From an uncultured virus (IMG/VR IMGVR_UViG_3300025261_000058) (Duplodnaviria > Heunggongvirae > Uroviricota > Caudoviricetes), in the IMG/VR virus record IMGVR_UViG_3300025261_000058: 64,000 nucleotides of DNA, one strand, 5' to 3'. Positions 37,429 to 48,241 of the stretch are shown here, piece after piece; the first letter of the stretch is position 1; the number at the start of each line of letters is the position of its first letter. The notes beneath the pieces were generated by a model. It ran no database searches, was not told the DNA's origin, and worked only from the letters and a program-made list of their open reading frames with translations. The translations under genes and the position numbers were made by a program.

Positions 37429-38214
37429 TCATGCGGCTTCCGCCTTCTTGGCGAGATACTTCCTAACGATCTCTTCCTCGCTGAGCCCCTTGCGCCGGAA
37501 GTGATAGAAGGATGAAATCGGTATGCCGGCGTCGCGCATCCATTCGGTGGTTATCTTTGATACGCCATCGACGACTATCGACTTCTTCCAGAATCCATCC
37601 GGGTTCGTTTCAAAAACTTCGTCTAGCGGCAAGCCGCGCCTTAGGCGCTGAATGAACGTGGTGTAAGGGATGCCGTACTGATCGCACCATTCTGCGACGC
37701 ATTTCCGTTCGCCGCGGTATTCAACGATGTTGCTTGTTGACTTGTTCCAATGCTGCTCCCTTTTGGTCGCCCAGCGGCAATTACCGGGCTCGTAGTTGCC
37801 ATTTACGTCATCGCGCTCGATGGTCATGCCCGGTGGTTTCTCTCCCATATCGGCCAAGAAGTTCTCGAAAGAATGCCGCCACCGTTCGCACACCGCTATC
37901 CCTCGGCCGCCGTATCGAGCGTAGCGCGACGCCTTCGGGTTTGTGCAGCGCGTAATCATTCGCGCCCACACGGCATACTCCGGGGTTTTGCTTAGTCCAT
38001 GAGTACGCGCTCGATCGCCAGTTGCCTCAAAGGCAAGGCATCCGCAACTCTTCGATTTTCCCGCAGCGACATTAGGTATCGATATTTCCTTCGTAACCCC
38101 GCAATCGCACGCAAATATCCCGTAACGCGTATTGGAGCGTCGTTCAGCGATCTCCTCTTTAAAGGTCAACCGCCCGAACCTGTCATTAGGCTGCATAACG
38201 TGTTTCGGTTTCAC
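37429..38214 (-). CDS. HNH-type (His-Me finger) homing endonuclease-like protein
   Basis: FGRLT, C.CDCG, SCGC, W..M..RC...YGGRGI.VC.RW, ER.D.NG.Y.P.NCRWAT; start uncertain. Confidence 0.8.
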   Translation of the reverse strand: MKPKHVMQPNDRFGRLTFKEEIAERRSNTRYGIFACDCGVTKEISIPNVAAGKSKSCGCLAFEATGDRARTHGLSKTPEYAVWARMITRCTNPKASRYARYGGRGIAVCERWRHSFENFLADMGEKPPGMTIERDDVNGNYEPGNCRWATKREQHWNKSTSNIVEYRGERKCVAEWCDQYGIPYTTFIQRLRRGLPLDEVFETNPDGFWKKSIVVDGVSKITTEWMRDAGIPISSFYHFRRKGLSEEEIVRKYLAKKAEAA

Positions 38215-38812
38215 GTTCTCTCCTTGCCTTTGCACGTCTCGCCTTTTTCCGGAAAATCCGCTTGAGGCGAGTCAGATAATCAATGTCAAACTTCCGTACA
38301 GACTGATCAACCTCAAGCGCCTCGATTGCTTCGAGGCCGAATTTTTCGATCATTCCCTTGCGCATCTCAACGGTGTTCGACCCTAGGTACCTATTGCACT
38401 TAACGCATTGTGCGGCGCAGTTTTTCAGGTTGAACCGGTGATGTGCGGCGCTTCCGGTGCTGCGGTAATGCCCGCAATCGACAGCGCCGCCGAACGCTTC
38501 CCTCGACGGGATGCCGCAGCTAATGCAGGGCAACCCGTAGTCGCGCTCTCGCACGTAGGCGTTAAAGGCGGCTTGCGCCTCCTTCAAATGCGCCCCGCGA
38601 GTCTTGGTTTTTTCGAGCGCAACTCGAATCGACTTCTTCTCCTCGCGCTTGGCCTTGGCCGCTTGCTTTGCCTTGGCCGTCTCGGTCAGAGCTATTGCGC
38701 AAGGGACGCTGCAAGCCTTGGACATGCTTGAAATAGGGGCAAAACTCGCGCCACAATTTCGGCAGCGTTTGGGCTTTAGTTTCTTCTTGACAGGAAGGGA
38801 AGAGCGGATCAT
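38186..38812 (-). CDS. ninG: NinG/Rap recombination endonuclease
   Basis: AQ.AFN.YVR.RD...PCISCG, D.GHYRS.G.A, N...QC..CN. Confidence 0.9.
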   Translation of the reverse strand: MIRSSLPVKKKLKPKRCRNCGASFAPISSMSKACSVPCAIALTETAKAKQAAKAKREEKKSIRVALEKTKTRGAHLKEAQAAFNAYVRERDYGLPCISCGIPSREAFGGAVDCGHYRSTGSAAHHRFNLKNCAAQCVKCNRYLGSNTVEMRKGMIEKFGLEAIEALEVDQSVRKFDIDYLTRLKRIFRKKARRAKARRERETETRYAA

Positions 38813-39014
38813 TTCCACTCCGTCCAATGCTTGCCGCAGTCGAGACATTCGCAGGCAGTCCAGTAGCGGTCATCCGCGGCACACCAATTGCCGGTATCGC
38901 TGTTTGCTGTGCGCTTCACCGCCTCGTGCGGGCAACTTGCTTTCAGCATGGCCAAGTCGCTTTGCACTGCGGCCAGGCGTCGTTCCAGTTGGATGCGCTT
39001 TCGCTGGATCTCGG

Positions 39015-39359
39015 TCATAACGTCTTCGCCTCCACTCGCCGGCTGGACTCGATGGAGCGCCATGCTTCAATGCGGGCCTGGGCCGCTACCATTAGCCAAC
39101 GCAGACGTTCCTCTTCCTCTACAGCAGCCATGAGGGCAAGGAGATGCTCGTTGTAGCTTTGGTCGGCATATGCCTCGCGCTCCTGGGCTACGGCGGACTT
39201 GTGGCCAGAGCGCTCCGCGTCCTGCATCAAGATCGCCTTCTTGGTTTTTCTGAACTCTTCTAGATAGATGCGCTCTGACTTTGCTTTCGCGTACGCCGGC
39301 GCGTTGTCTCTGATGAAGTCGAGCGCGCGGAAAATGTTGATTTCGCCTTCGTCCGTCAC
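39015..39359 (-). CDS. Conserved helical phage protein
   Basis: QEREAYA...Y...I..WR...S..R. Confidence 0.7.
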   Translation of the reverse strand: MTDEGEINIFRALDFIRDNAPAYAKAKSERIYLEEFRKTKKAILMQDAERSGHKSAVAQEREAYADQSYNEHLLALMAAVEEEERLRWLMVAAQARIEAWRSIESSRRVEAKTL

Positions 39360-39761
39360 GCCTTCACCTCACTAGCCAGATACTCCGCGGTGGCCGTCGA
39401 CATGAGCGCATCCATTGCAGATTCGAGTGCGTACAGCAGTTCCATGGCACTTTTGGTGCGGAACCCTTGGGCGCTGGCTTCCTCGACCTTGCGGGAGAGC
39501 GTCGCTACCTTGACAACGTATTCGGCTGAGTTGTTCATGCTGTTTGCCCTCTCCAGGTGAGGTTTTGATCGATCAATGAACTTCCGCCTTCCCGGTCTAG
39601 CCACAGTTGGCGAACTTCGTCCCAATACACCGTCCAGTCGTACATCCAGCCGGCGTCGAAGAACTGAGCGCGGTAATTGCCGGGGCGGACCGGCTTTACG
39701 CTCGGCGGGTACCAATCGGTGAGGGCCACCCAAGCCCCGTTGATAATGCAAACGTCTTCGA

Positions 39762-40088
39762 TCACTTGGCGGCCTCCGCACTGACGCGGATCTTTGGCTG
39801 GACGAGCAGCCAGCCTATAAAGAACGTGATCGCGCACGCCGTCATCCCGGACCAGACCATCAGGCCGACAGTCAGCGCAGTACTCGCATGGGTGTATGCG
39901 TGGAAAACCATGCTTCGACGGCGCGTTTCTTTATCCGCCACGAATGCGGCCAACAAAATCAGAATGGCAAACGTCCACAGAATGAAGGTCAGGAACGGCC
40001 TGGCGGCGTCGACATGCTCAACCTTCCACAGATAGAAGCAGCCGAAAACCACTGCGTCGGTCGATAGTGCGTAGATCCATTTGCTCAT
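39762..40088 (-). CDS. Membrane protein
   Basis: Three to four hydrophobic segments. Confidence 0.6.
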   Translation of the reverse strand: MSKWIYALSTDAVVFGCFYLWKVEHVDAARPFLTFILWTFAILILLAAFVADKETRRRSMVFHAYTHASTALTVGLMVWSGMTACAITFFIGWLLVQPKIRVSAEAAK

Positions 40089-40549
40089 GCCGTCTTCTCC
40101 GTGTTGTTGTTCGTGTAGACCGAGCCAGGCTGCCCGGGCTCGTTGCTATTGGTGCAAGCCAGTTCGTGGTTGCTTGCCTTGGGGCAGCGCTTGTTACCGC
40201 AAGTCGGGCAGAGGATCATGCGTGTCGCGGCCAACGGGATCGGGCCGAATGCACTGGTCCGCAGGGACTTGTCCTCAATGCACTTGTGGCAACCGCATTC
40301 CTTGCCGGATGCAACCAACTCCCAGAAGTTGCTATCCACGAATCGAGCGATGTCGGCGTCGATGGACGATTGAGACTCGACGATCTCTTGGACCTTCTGT
40401 GCTGCGATCGCCCGGCGCTGCGCTTCCTGAAGCCGACGCGCGTACTTATCCGGCGAGCAAAACACGCCATCCTCAGCCATCCAGTCAAGCATCTGGCGAT
40501 GCGTGAGGCCGATAACGAGTTGCGAGGGTTCTTTGAGTTCTGTGCTCAT
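40085..40549 (-). CDS. Cys-rich hypothetical protein
   Basis: MILCP.CGNKRCP.A..H..AC..SN.PGQ.GS.Y. Confidence 0.7.
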   Translation of the reverse strand: MSTELKEPSQLVIGLTHRQMLDWMAEDGVFCSPDKYARRLQEAQRRAIAAQKVQEIVESQSSIDADIARFVDSNFWELVASGKECGCHKCIEDKSLRTSAFGPIPLAATRMILCPTCGNKRCPKASNHELACTNSNEPGQPGSVYTNNNTEKTA

Positions 40550-40821
40550 GCCGGCTCCTTGATGTTGTCGGTTACTTCGTCGTTGGCGGGTAGGCCGCTG
40601 ACGGGGCGGAGCCAGTCGTCAGGCGCGAGGTGTAGGGTCGACAGCCTTCTGTTAGTGCCATCGGGGCGAGCGGTCATCATCGGCCGAGGTGAATTCACGA
40701 CCCAGCAGAACCCCAGTCCACCCCAATCCCCATGTGCCTTTACAACTTCGACGATTGCGCCCACGCCGCGGCCCTTCAATGACTTGATCACGATCGCCAG
40801 ATCCCCAGGTTTGCAGTTCAT
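40546..40821 (-). CDS. Hypothetical phage protein
   Basis: MNCKPGDLA...D..LRP. Confidence 0.7.
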   Translation of the reverse strand: MNCKPGDLAIVIKSLKGRGVGAIVEVVKAHGDWGGLGFCWVVNSPRPMMTARPDGTNRRLSTLHLAPDDWLRPVSGLPANDEVTDNIKEPA

Positions 40822-41396
40822 GCGACCTCCATTTCTTCTTCGGGTGAATCGGTCAGGTGGATGTAGACACGGCCCGAATCATTTGCGCCAACCCGCGGGC
40901 ATTCGCCTTGCAGTTGCATCAGCATGTTTTCGAACGGATTCCGCTTTGCAGTTCGCATCCGATACGCAAGTCGCCCGAGACGGCGGCGCTCCTCGATCGA
41001 CTGACGCGGCGGTTTCGGCGCGTCTGGACCAACTCCGGGCGACCATCTTTCGATGTGGTGGCCGATATAGGTCTTCCAGTCCGAGACATAGACACCTGAG
41101 CCGTGCCGCGAGCGGATGACATCGCAGGCGTGCTTATGCGAGCAGCCGAACTTAATGCGCAGTTCCTCAATGGTTTGTCCGGGGTTCTGTTTAAGTTCTC
41201 GCTCCATCGCTGGCCAAAGCCATTGCGTGTCGCCGCGTTTCTTTGTCGCGTCGCCGGCGAGCTTCGTAACCATGCACTTGATGCCACCGATTGGGCGATC
41301 GGGCAGCAGATGCGCCATCGCCTTGACGGTCTTGCCGCTCGTCAGGATGTCGCGGGCAATTGCGATCTCCTCATCGGACCATTTCTTGGCTCCCAT
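40818..41396 (-). CDS. Putative DNA-binding protein
   Basis: WS.EE...L..R start, HTH-like middle, G.GPDAP.P. Confidence 0.6.
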   Translation of the reverse strand: MGAKKWSDEEIAIARDILTSGKTVKAMAHLLPDRPIGGIKCMVTKLAGDATKKRGDTQWLWPAMERELKQNPGQTIEELRIKFGCSHKHACDVIRSRHGSGVYVSDWKTYIGHHIERWSPGVGPDAPKPPRQSIEERRRLGRLAYRMRTAKRNPFENMLMQLQGECPRVGANDSGRVYIHLTDSPEEEMEVA

Positions 41397-41405
41397 GGCG
41401 CGCTC

Positions 41406-41855
41406 CTAGAAAGGGATGTCGGAATCCATCTCATCGAAGCCACCGCCAGCCGGCGCCTGTTGTTGCGCACGTTGCGGCGGCTCCTGACGACGCTGCGGTT
41501 GCGGACGCTCGCCACTTTCTGGACGGCCCCCAAGCATCTGCATCTGGTCCGCAACGATGTCCGTCGAATAGCGATCGGTGCCGTCCTGCGCTTGGTATTT
41601 ACGCGTGCGGATCTTTCCTTCGATGTAGACCGTCGAGCCCTTCTTCAGGTACTCGGAAACGATCTCGGCGAGGCGACCGAAGAACGACACGCGGTGCCAC
41701 TCGGTGGCTTCCTTCATTTCGCCGCTCTGCTTGTCCTTGTAGCGGTCAGTCGTTGCCAGGCGGATGTTTGCTACCGAGTCACCGCTCGGCAAGTAGCGCA
41801 CTTCAGGATCTGCGCCGAGGTTGCCCACGAGAATCACTTTGTTTACTGCTGCCAT
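41406..41855 (-). CDS. ssb: Single-stranded DNA-binding protein
   Basis: [20 protein letters not shown]-terminal DIPF. Confidence 0.97.
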   Translation of the reverse strand: MAAVNKVILVGNLGADPEVRYLPSGDSVANIRLATTDRYKDKQSGEMKEATEWHRVSFFGRLAEIVSEYLKKGSTVYIEGKIRTRKYQAQDGTDRYSTDIVADQMQMLGGRPESGERPQPQRRQEPPQRAQQQAPAGGGFDEMDSDIPF

Positions 41856-41874
41856 TTCTAACTCCGTAAATTGA

Positions 41875-42378
41875 TTAAGCCGCTTCCAACATCATTTCTT
41901 CGAACTCGGTTTCCTTCGATCCGCCCTCGACCCGCGCAGTCACGACGTTGATGCAGTCGACCACCAGTTCACGGCTCGCAATTTCAAGCTGGGCGTCGTG
42001 AACGGCGAGGGCGGTACTGACGCGGTCGGCATCGTCTCCGGAAAGCTTCCAGACACCAGTCAGATCGCCGTGCTTCTTGGCGCGCACGATGGCCGCCATG
42101 CCGGCTTCGATGTCAGCGAGGTATTCAGCGCCGACGCCTCGAGCCGGGTCTTTCGCCAGTTCATGCGCGACGTCGATTGCGCTTGCCAGCACGTAGAGAG
42201 AATCCTTGTCGCCGCCTTTAAGCAGTCGATCGAGAGCGATGTGTGCTGCGATTTCAATGTCGCGCTTTGCATCCTCGCGGATCGGCATACGGGCAACGGC
42301 GCGCTCCATGATTACGGCGCAACGCTCCAGGCGACGGTTCGGGTTGTACTTCTTTCTCGGTTTTTGGCTGCGGCTCAT
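41875..42378 (-). CDS. Hypothetical phage protein
   Basis: KPRKKY start; HDAQLE motif. Confidence 0.7.
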   Translation of the reverse strand: MSRSQKPRKKYNPNRRLERCAVIMERAVARMPIREDAKRDIEIAAHIALDRLLKGGDKDSLYVLASAIDVAHELAKDPARGVGAEYLADIEAGMAAIVRAKKHGDLTGVWKLSGDDADRVSTALAVHDAQLEIASRELVVDCINVVTARVEGGSKETEFEEMMLEAA

Positions 42379-42624
42379 ACGACCTTCGCGCGATTAGTAC
42401 TACTACCTACGTCGATTTCAGTTATTTCCATCATTCCCCCGTCTTCTATCTATTTGCCCACCGCTCACTCTTGATCGCGGCCCACAATTCTTTCTTCGCT
42501 ATCTCGCCCTGCCGGCTGCCGTACTTCTCGCTAACGGATTCGACGAGGCTCTTTGCCTTACCAAAATCACCGCGCCGGCCGTCGCGTACCGCCTGGGTGA
42601 AGCGAGCTAGGCAGGCTTCGGCGG

Positions 42625-43989
42625 TCATTCAAAACCCCGTCTCGATCTGGGGCGCTCCGATTGGCCGAACGAATGCCCTGGCGCCAGATCCTCGAAGCGA
42701 GTGAAGTCGCCGATATAGGCCGCCGCAACACGTCCGGTCTCGCCTTGCCGTTGCTTCGCGATGATGATTTCAGCAATTCCGCGGTCCATCGAATCGGGGT
42801 GATAAACCTCATCCCGGTACAGAAAAAGGATCGTGTCGGCGTCGGCTTCGATGTCGCCCGAATCCTTCAGGTCCGACATGATCGGGCGCTTGTCGGTACG
42901 CTCCTCGCACTTCCGCGAGAGCTGCGAGAGGGCAATCACAGGAATGTCCAACTCCTTCGCCAGGGACTTCAGCCCCTTCGTGATTGCGCCGATACGCAGG
43001 TCGTGGCGCTCTTCGGAGCCCATCGCCATCAGGCCCAGATAGTCGACCACCAGCAGCGATAGGCCATGCTTGCGTTTTATCTGCCGCGCCTTAGAGCGGA
43101 CCTCGAGCATCGTCAGGCCAGGCTGATCGTCTAGATACAGTTTCAATTGGGTGATTCGCTGAGTGGCGACAGTGATCCGGTCCCAGTCATCGTTTGACAG
43201 AAGATGCGGCTCACGCAGGCGGCGCATCGACACGCGGCCCTGCATTGATACGTTGCGCTGCTGCAACTGAGAAACCATCATTTCCATCTCAAGCACGAGG
43301 GCCGGCGCTTCGACTGAAACGTGATTGGCAATGCCGAGTGCCAGAGCCGTTTTACCCATGGCCGGCCGGGCGGCCACGATCACAAGATCTCCGCCATTCA
43401 TGCCGCCGCCGAGCTTGTGGTCGAGATCCCGCAGGCCGGTCGGAATCGGCTTACCCTTACCTTCGATGCGCTCCTCGAGCTTCGTCAGGTAGTCACCAAG
43501 GCTTTCACCGGCAAGCGCCGGCTCGGACTTCACGCGCGCCTCGGCCAACTTCTCCAGCTTTTCCTGCGCGCGGTCGATCAGTACCACTGCCTCGTCGGGC
43601 GTCGTCACCACCGAATCCTGAATCTCAGACGCCACCACCAGCAGGCCGCGCTTTTGCGCACGGTCGCGGACGATCTGTGCGTAGCGGGCAATGTTCGACG
43701 CGCCCGGAGTGTTCTGAGCCAGCGCGTTCAGGTAGGAGAGCCCCCCCACGTCATCAGACTTGCCCTTAGCGGATAGCCGCTCATAGACCGTCATCACGTC
43801 AGCCGGAATGCCGGCGGCGATCATGCCGACGATCTCAGCGTAAATTGCACGATGATCGCCGCGGTAAAAATGCTCAGTGCGCAGGTCGCCGACTCGGTCG
43901 ATAGCGTCGTTGTCAATCAGCAAGGCGCCAATCACGCTTTGCTCGGACTCTACCGATTGCGGCGTGGTGCGCAGGTCGTTTGCGGTCAT
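42625..43989 (-). CDS. dnaB: Replicative DNA helicase
   Basis: AARPAMGKT, VVDYLGL, LSQLSR, DLKDSGDIE.DAD, KQRQG. Confidence 0.95.
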   Translation of the reverse strand: MTANDLRTTPQSVESEQSVIGALLIDNDAIDRVGDLRTEHFYRGDHRAIYAEIVGMIAAGIPADVMTVYERLSAKGKSDDVGGLSYLNALAQNTPGASNIARYAQIVRDRAQKRGLLVVASEIQDSVVTTPDEAVVLIDRAQEKLEKLAEARVKSEPALAGESLGDYLTKLEERIEGKGKPIPTGLRDLDHKLGGGMNGGDLVIVAARPAMGKTALALGIANHVSVEAPALVLEMEMMVSQLQQRNVSMQGRVSMRRLREPHLLSNDDWDRITVATQRITQLKLYLDDQPGLTMLEVRSKARQIKRKHGLSLLVVDYLGLMAMGSEERHDLRIGAITKGLKSLAKELDIPVIALSQLSRKCEERTDKRPIMSDLKDSGDIEADADTILFLYRDEVYHPDSMDRGIAEIIIAKQRQGETGRVAAAYIGDFTRFEDLAPGHSFGQSERPRSRRGFE

Positions 43990-44894
43990 TGTTTAGCCTC
44001 GCGGTGGTACTTGTTTTCAACAGCGTTCTTGAAGCCAGCCGGCGACATCAGGAAATCGATCGTCGCAATGAACGGGGGCTTCCCCGGCTGAGGCTTCGCG
44101 TTACCGGTCAGAAAGTCGGAGTCCGCGCAAACCTCAAAAAATCGCTTCCATGCGGCCAGACCTTCGGAGCCGGTCTTGTAGCCAAAAGGGCCGACCTGGT
44201 CGAGCACTGCAGCCTGGTTCCACCTCGCACGAATCGCCTTGCGGCGCGCATCGTCGAGAACACGAACCTTCGGATTAGCAGGCATGCACGCGTGATACAG
44301 GTCAACGATCTGCTGCACAGGGCAGACAGGAACTCCCTTGATGCCGCGCTCCCCGGTCACTTCGCCGTTACCTTCGCGGTCCTTGGTCGTGTCGGCAGCA
44401 GGCGCCTTGGCGCTGCTGTCGGCAGAGGCGTAAGCCTCTTGCTTTTCACATGCAATCAGTGAATCAGTAGTCAGAGAATCAGAGATACAAGAGCCAAGTG
44501 CTTCCTCTTCCGACTCGTCGCCATCACTCTCATGGCTGGAAGTGCTTCGAACCATGGTCAGAAGTTCTTCAGGGCAAGGTGGCAAGTTGCTTACAGTTTC
44601 ATTCGAGTGCGGCTTCTGATGTTTCAAGAAGTTCGCAATCTGGATGCACCGCAGACCGTTCACTTCGTACCGAACGATGAATCCGCCAGATTCGAGACCG
44701 CTCAGGATTTCGTCTGCGTCTGCATCGTCATAGGGAAGCGCCTTCGCTTTGATCTTCCGCGGACGATCCTCTAGACGTCCATCACGATCAGCGAGCATCC
44801 ACAAGTAGATGAACAGGAGTCGGGCAATGGGTTCGAGGTCAGCAAGATCCTCGTTCTCCATGATTCCCGGTTTGATGTTTCTGGCTCTTGCCAC
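43986..44894 (-). CDS. Replication initiator (O-like)
   Basis: MARARNIKP, LW..AD..GR, F.KHQ; upstream of DnaB. Confidence 0.85.
   Translation of the reverse strand: MARARNIKPGIMENEDLADLEPIARLLFIYLWMLADRDGRLEDRPRKIKAKALPYDDADADEILSGLESGGFIVRYEVNGLRCIQIANFLKHQKPHSNETVSNLPPCPEELLTMVRSTSSHESDGDESEEEALGSCISDSLTTDSLIACEKQEAYASADSSAKAPAADTTKDREGNGEVTGERGIKGVPVCPVQQIVDLYHACMPANPKVRVLDDARRKAIRARWNQAAVLDQVGPFGYKTGSEGLAAWKRFFEVCADSDFLTGNAKPQPGKPPFIATIDFLMSPAGFKNAVENKYHREAKQ
44454..44484. repeat. Short ATCAG/GTCAG tandem repeats inside initiator gene (candidate ori iterons)
   Basis: AATCAGT GAATCAGT AGTCAGA GAATCAGA. Confidence 0.45.
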
Positions 44895-44897
44895 GTG

Positions 44898-45698
44898 TTA
44901 CTCCGTCCAGCCTTCGAGTACCGCTTTGAATTCGGTCCAGTTTCGAACAGACTTGGCAAGCGCGACAATTTCTTCGGGATCCATGCCGTTCGCGACCGCG
45001 CCCTTCATAAGGTTCATCGCTTGCGCTTCATTGACATAGATGCGGTTGCGAATGATGCCGCGAGCGTAATAGAGCTTGCGCATGGATTCCGGCATCGCGG
45101 CGTTGCGGCAGATGCCGCCGATCTTCGACCATGCAAGGTTGGCGGATTCGCTCGTCGCGTTCCCTTCACTGTTGAACTTGATGTATTGGCGCCCGGCGAT
45201 ATCGATGGCGTCCAATACTGCGATGAGACCAAACGTCTTGAGCAGTTTCCGAGCTGCGTTTTGTCCCGTTTCGTTCAGGTGGAAACCGGGAACCGTGTCG
45301 CTCCACGTTGCCTCAATCTGTTGCAGCGAATCCTCGTCGATCGCCTTCAGCCCGTCGCGCCACTGAAGCATCATTTCCAGTTGTTCGCGGCGCTCGTTCA
45401 GTTCCTCGAGCTGCTGACGCTGCTTGGCGACGACTGAATCATCTGACAGTAGGCGGTCAGACTTGCCGCTGTTGCAGTCAAAGCAGGAGGTGATGTAATT
45501 CATCATGTCGTCGTCGCCGCCCTGGCTGACAGGGTGGATATGGTCGACGTTCAGAACCACTTCAGGAGCGCACTTGCCGCAGTATTGGCATTTGAAGGAA
45601 TCGCGCTTGAAAACTTCGAAGCGAGTCTTTTTCCCAATAGCCTTGCGCTTTGTCGCCTTGCCACCATCAACTACTTTCAGTGCCTCGCCCATCATCAC
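44898..45698 (-). CDS. HNH endonuclease domain protein
   Basis: RFEVFKRD.F.CQYCG, VDHI.P...GG, N..T.C..CN.GK. Confidence 0.88.
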   Translation of the reverse strand: MMMGEALKVVDGGKATKRKAIGKKTRFEVFKRDSFKCQYCGKCAPEVVLNVDHIHPVSQGGDDDMMNYITSCFDCNSGKSDRLLSDDSVVAKQRQQLEELNERREQLEMMLQWRDGLKAIDEDSLQQIEATWSDTVPGFHLNETGQNAARKLLKTFGLIAVLDAIDIAGRQYIKFNSEGNATSESANLAWSKIGGICRNAAMPESMRKLYYARGIIRNRIYVNEAQAMNLMKGAVANGMDPEEIVALAKSVRNWTEFKAVLEGWTE

Positions 45699-46241
45699 TT
45701 CCCCTTGATCATTCTGACCAGCGACACACAGAGCATGTGGGCCTGCTGTTGTTTCGATTGCTTGGTCTTCAGATGGCCGATGTTCCGCGCCATCTCAAGT
45801 TGACGCTCCTGCTCGGGCGTCTTCGTCGACAGGAGATCGCGCTTCATCCAATCACCCCGATCAGTTCACCAACGGTCCACACGATCACGACGCAGATCCA
45901 GACCGTCGAGCAGAACAACAAGAACGCTTTCATTCCACCCTCCAGGCGGGACCGGTTAGTCGGTATTGCTACCTTCGAATCTGCTGACTGAAAAATTGAC
46001 CGGTACATGGCGCTAAAAAAACGGCTTTCGCCGCGGTTGTCGATTTGCTTCATGTCCGGTCTCTTTATCCGCTATGCGTCCGAAGTCGGTTCAGGTTTTT
46101 CGGTCGCTACGATGTGCAATGCCTGCGTCAACCTCCGATCACCGGCCGCCTGCATTGCCACCGCTTGTTGAACGTCTCCAGCCCCCTTTGCTACTGCGTC
46201 TGCGAATGCTGCTCTGCAGATCTCTCTTGCGTCCTCATACT

Positions 46242-46613
46242 TCATGCCACCTTCTTGCCCATCTGGGCCTGCCACTCTTCCATCAGGTTCAATGAGACCT
46301 TTCGGACGAGGTATTGAGTGATTGCCCGATTGCCGACAGCCGCCTCGAACGCTGCGATCTTGTCTGCCGGTAACGAGCGCCGGCGCTGCCCTTTCGGATT
46401 GACTTCATCGCTGCTGAGGTAATCCGAAAGATGCTGGGGAAGCAGCTCGCAGACTTCTGCGAGGCGAGCTTTCGTCATGCCCTTGATGCGGCGATTGCTC
46501 CACGCCAGCAGAACGGCATCACGAAAACTGGCGCACGCCGCAATCTCACTGCTGGGCAGAAAGCCCGAGCCGTTGACTGCGCCGCCCATCATCTGAAGTT
46601 CTTCGCTGTTCAT
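46242..46613 (-). CDS. CII-like regulator
   Basis: HTH MTKARLAEVC.L..QHLS; GN....Q.L; position after cro. Confidence 0.65.
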   Translation of the reverse strand: MNSEELQMMGGAVNGSGFLPSSEIAACASFRDAVLLAWSNRRIKGMTKARLAEVCELLPQHLSDYLSSDEVNPKGQRRRSLPADKIAAFEAAVGNRAITQYLVRKVSLNLMEEWQAQMGKKVA

Positions 46614-46631
46614 AGTTGAAATTCAAATCGC

Positions 46632-46651
46632 TAACCTGTTGCGTAACCTGT
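46632..46651. repeat. Direct repeat TAACCTGT-N4-TAACCTGT (possible CII-type site)
   Basis: Between cro and cII, where lambda pRE lies. Confidence 0.4.
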
Positions 46652-46715
46652 CAGCGGTAGGGCCAAATAAGAGGCGGCTCAGGCCACCTCTAACTAAGAA
46701 AAATCAATGAATCGT

Positions 46716-47003
46716 TTAAATCACCGCTCGAGCCTGTTTCGTACCTTTGTTAGTCCCGCCGACCGGGGGCTGACTGTCGTCGCTCGCGGCATACGAGTCG
46801 ATGCCATCGCCCCACAGATCAGGGCGAAGCTCCGCGAGAGTGAAACGTGGATCAGCTTCGACAAGGTCTTTGCAGAGTTTGGCGCCAGGCTTACGTCCCG
46901 GTCGCGTGCAAAGATAGAGGTACTCGACCGACCTGCCGATCTTCGCGGCAAGCGCACGGCGCTCGTCAGGCTTGGTAGTGAGGAACCACGTTCGAAGATC
47001 CAT
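46716..47003 (-). CDS. Cro-like (YdaS-type) regulator
   Basis: HTH, ELRPDLW motif, divergent from repressor. Confidence 0.8.
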   Translation of the reverse strand: MDLRTWFLTTKPDERRALAAKIGRSVEYLYLCTRPGRKPGAKLCKDLVEADPRFTLAELRPDLWGDGIDSYAASDDSQPPVGGTNKGTKQARAVI

Positions 47004-47036
47004 TTAGTCAGCACCGAGAAATCATGTAGTGCTGTC

Positions 47037-47065
47037 AGCATAGATCAAAACGATGTGCGACTCAA
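47037..47065 (-). promoter_or_regulatory. pR with overlapping operator (47040-47058)
   Basis: TTGAGT-17bp-TATGCT; GCACATCGTTTTGATCTAT. Confidence 0.7.
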
Positions 47066-47136
47066 GCTTTTTGCTTTGCTAAATCAAATCTTTTTGCACG
47101 TTGATCAAAATGATTGATCCCGTCATCATTCGCACC

Positions 47137-47895
47137 ATGAAAACGGTGAAAGAGATCCGGTTAGAGAATGCGCGCGCGCTCGCACACGAGGGCCCGGCCG
47201 AGTTCGCGCGTCGAATAGACAGCAGCACGCAGCAGGTCAATCAGTTCATGGGGCCGTCGCCGACTCGCAACATCGGCGACAAACTGGCGCGCCGTATCGA
47301 GGGGGCGTTTGGCAAGCCAGAAGGGTGGCTTGACGTCGAGCACATAACCGGCAGCGCCGATGCATCAATCAGCGGAACAAGGTCAGCCGTACTCGAGAAA
47401 TTGCTGCCAGAAGGAAGCGGTAACTTAGTCACATGGGAGACCCCGGAAGATCTCGAGCCCGACGACGACCGGGTGTGGATCGACCGTTATGACTATCGTT
47501 ACTCAGCGGGGAATGGCGTGATTCAATGGGAAGTACGACAAAAAAAGGCGCTGCCGTTTGATATCGGTTTCTTCAAGGCCCTTGGTGTGCGCCCACAGGA
47601 TTGCAGGTTGGCCCAGGTTCACGGTCGGAGCATGGAGCCGTATCTGTTCAATAAAGACATGATGATGATTTGCATGGCGAAGAACCGGGTGAAGGACGGT
47701 CTGATTTACGCCGTGACGTTTCAGGATGAACCGCTGGTGAAGCAGATCTTTAAGGAGCCGGAGGGCGCTCTGAGGCTGCATTCCTACAATCCAGAGTTTC
47801 CCGACAAGATCATCGCCGCGGACCAGCTGGAAGGGCTTCAGATCGCCGGAGAGGTTGTGTATCGATCCGGTTCAGGCTTGGCCGGCGGTAATTAA
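47137..47895 (+). CDS. CI-like repressor, HTH plus S24 peptidase
   Basis: RNIG..LAR.IE......GWLD; SAG cleavage site, G.SMEP, VKQ, S.NP. Confidence 0.92.
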   Translation: MKTVKEIRLENARALAHEGPAEFARRIDSSTQQVNQFMGPSPTRNIGDKLARRIEGAFGKPEGWLDVEHITGSADASISGTRSAVLEKLLPEGSGNLVTWETPEDLEPDDDRVWIDRYDYRYSAGNGVIQWEVRQKKALPFDIGFFKALGVRPQDCRLAQVHGRSMEPYLFNKDMMMICMAKNRVKDGLIYAVTFQDEPLVKQIFKEPEGALRLHSYNPEFPDKIIAADQLEGLQIAGEVVYRSGSGLAGGN

Positions 47896-47968
47896 GACCG
47901 CTAAAAACCACAAATACGGGGTAGCCGATGGCGGTCGATCTGACTGACCATCTTTGCAGCACTGAACG

Positions 47969-47995
47969 ACCCGGCCTCGGCCGGGTTTTTCATTT
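47969..47995 (+). terminator. Intrinsic terminator after cI
   Basis: ACCCGGC-CTCG-GCCGGGT plus TTTTCATTT. Confidence 0.8.
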
Positions 47996-48190
47996 CCGCC
48001 TCTGCTCGAAGCCCTCCCGCCATAACGTAGCACCGACCGACGTCAACACGGCCAGGTCGTCTCCCCCGAATCTCTCCCAGTTCTGCGCAAGCCAGCCTGC
48101 GAAGCCGGCGCACGCGTAGTCAATCGGTACGTCTGCTCGGCCCTCGACGTTCAATCGCTCGAAAACCGTTATCACGTCGTCTGCGGTCAT
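47990..48190 (-). CDS. Small hypothetical protein
   Basis: GGAGG RBS; convergent with cI. Confidence 0.55.
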   Translation of the reverse strand: MTADDVITVFERLNVEGRADVPIDYACAGFAGWLAQNWERFGGDDLAVLTSVGATLWREGFEQRRK

Positions 48191-48241
48191 CTCAGCCTCC
48201 TAGTACCCACCTTCAGTCTAGACGGCGATCCCTCTATCTGA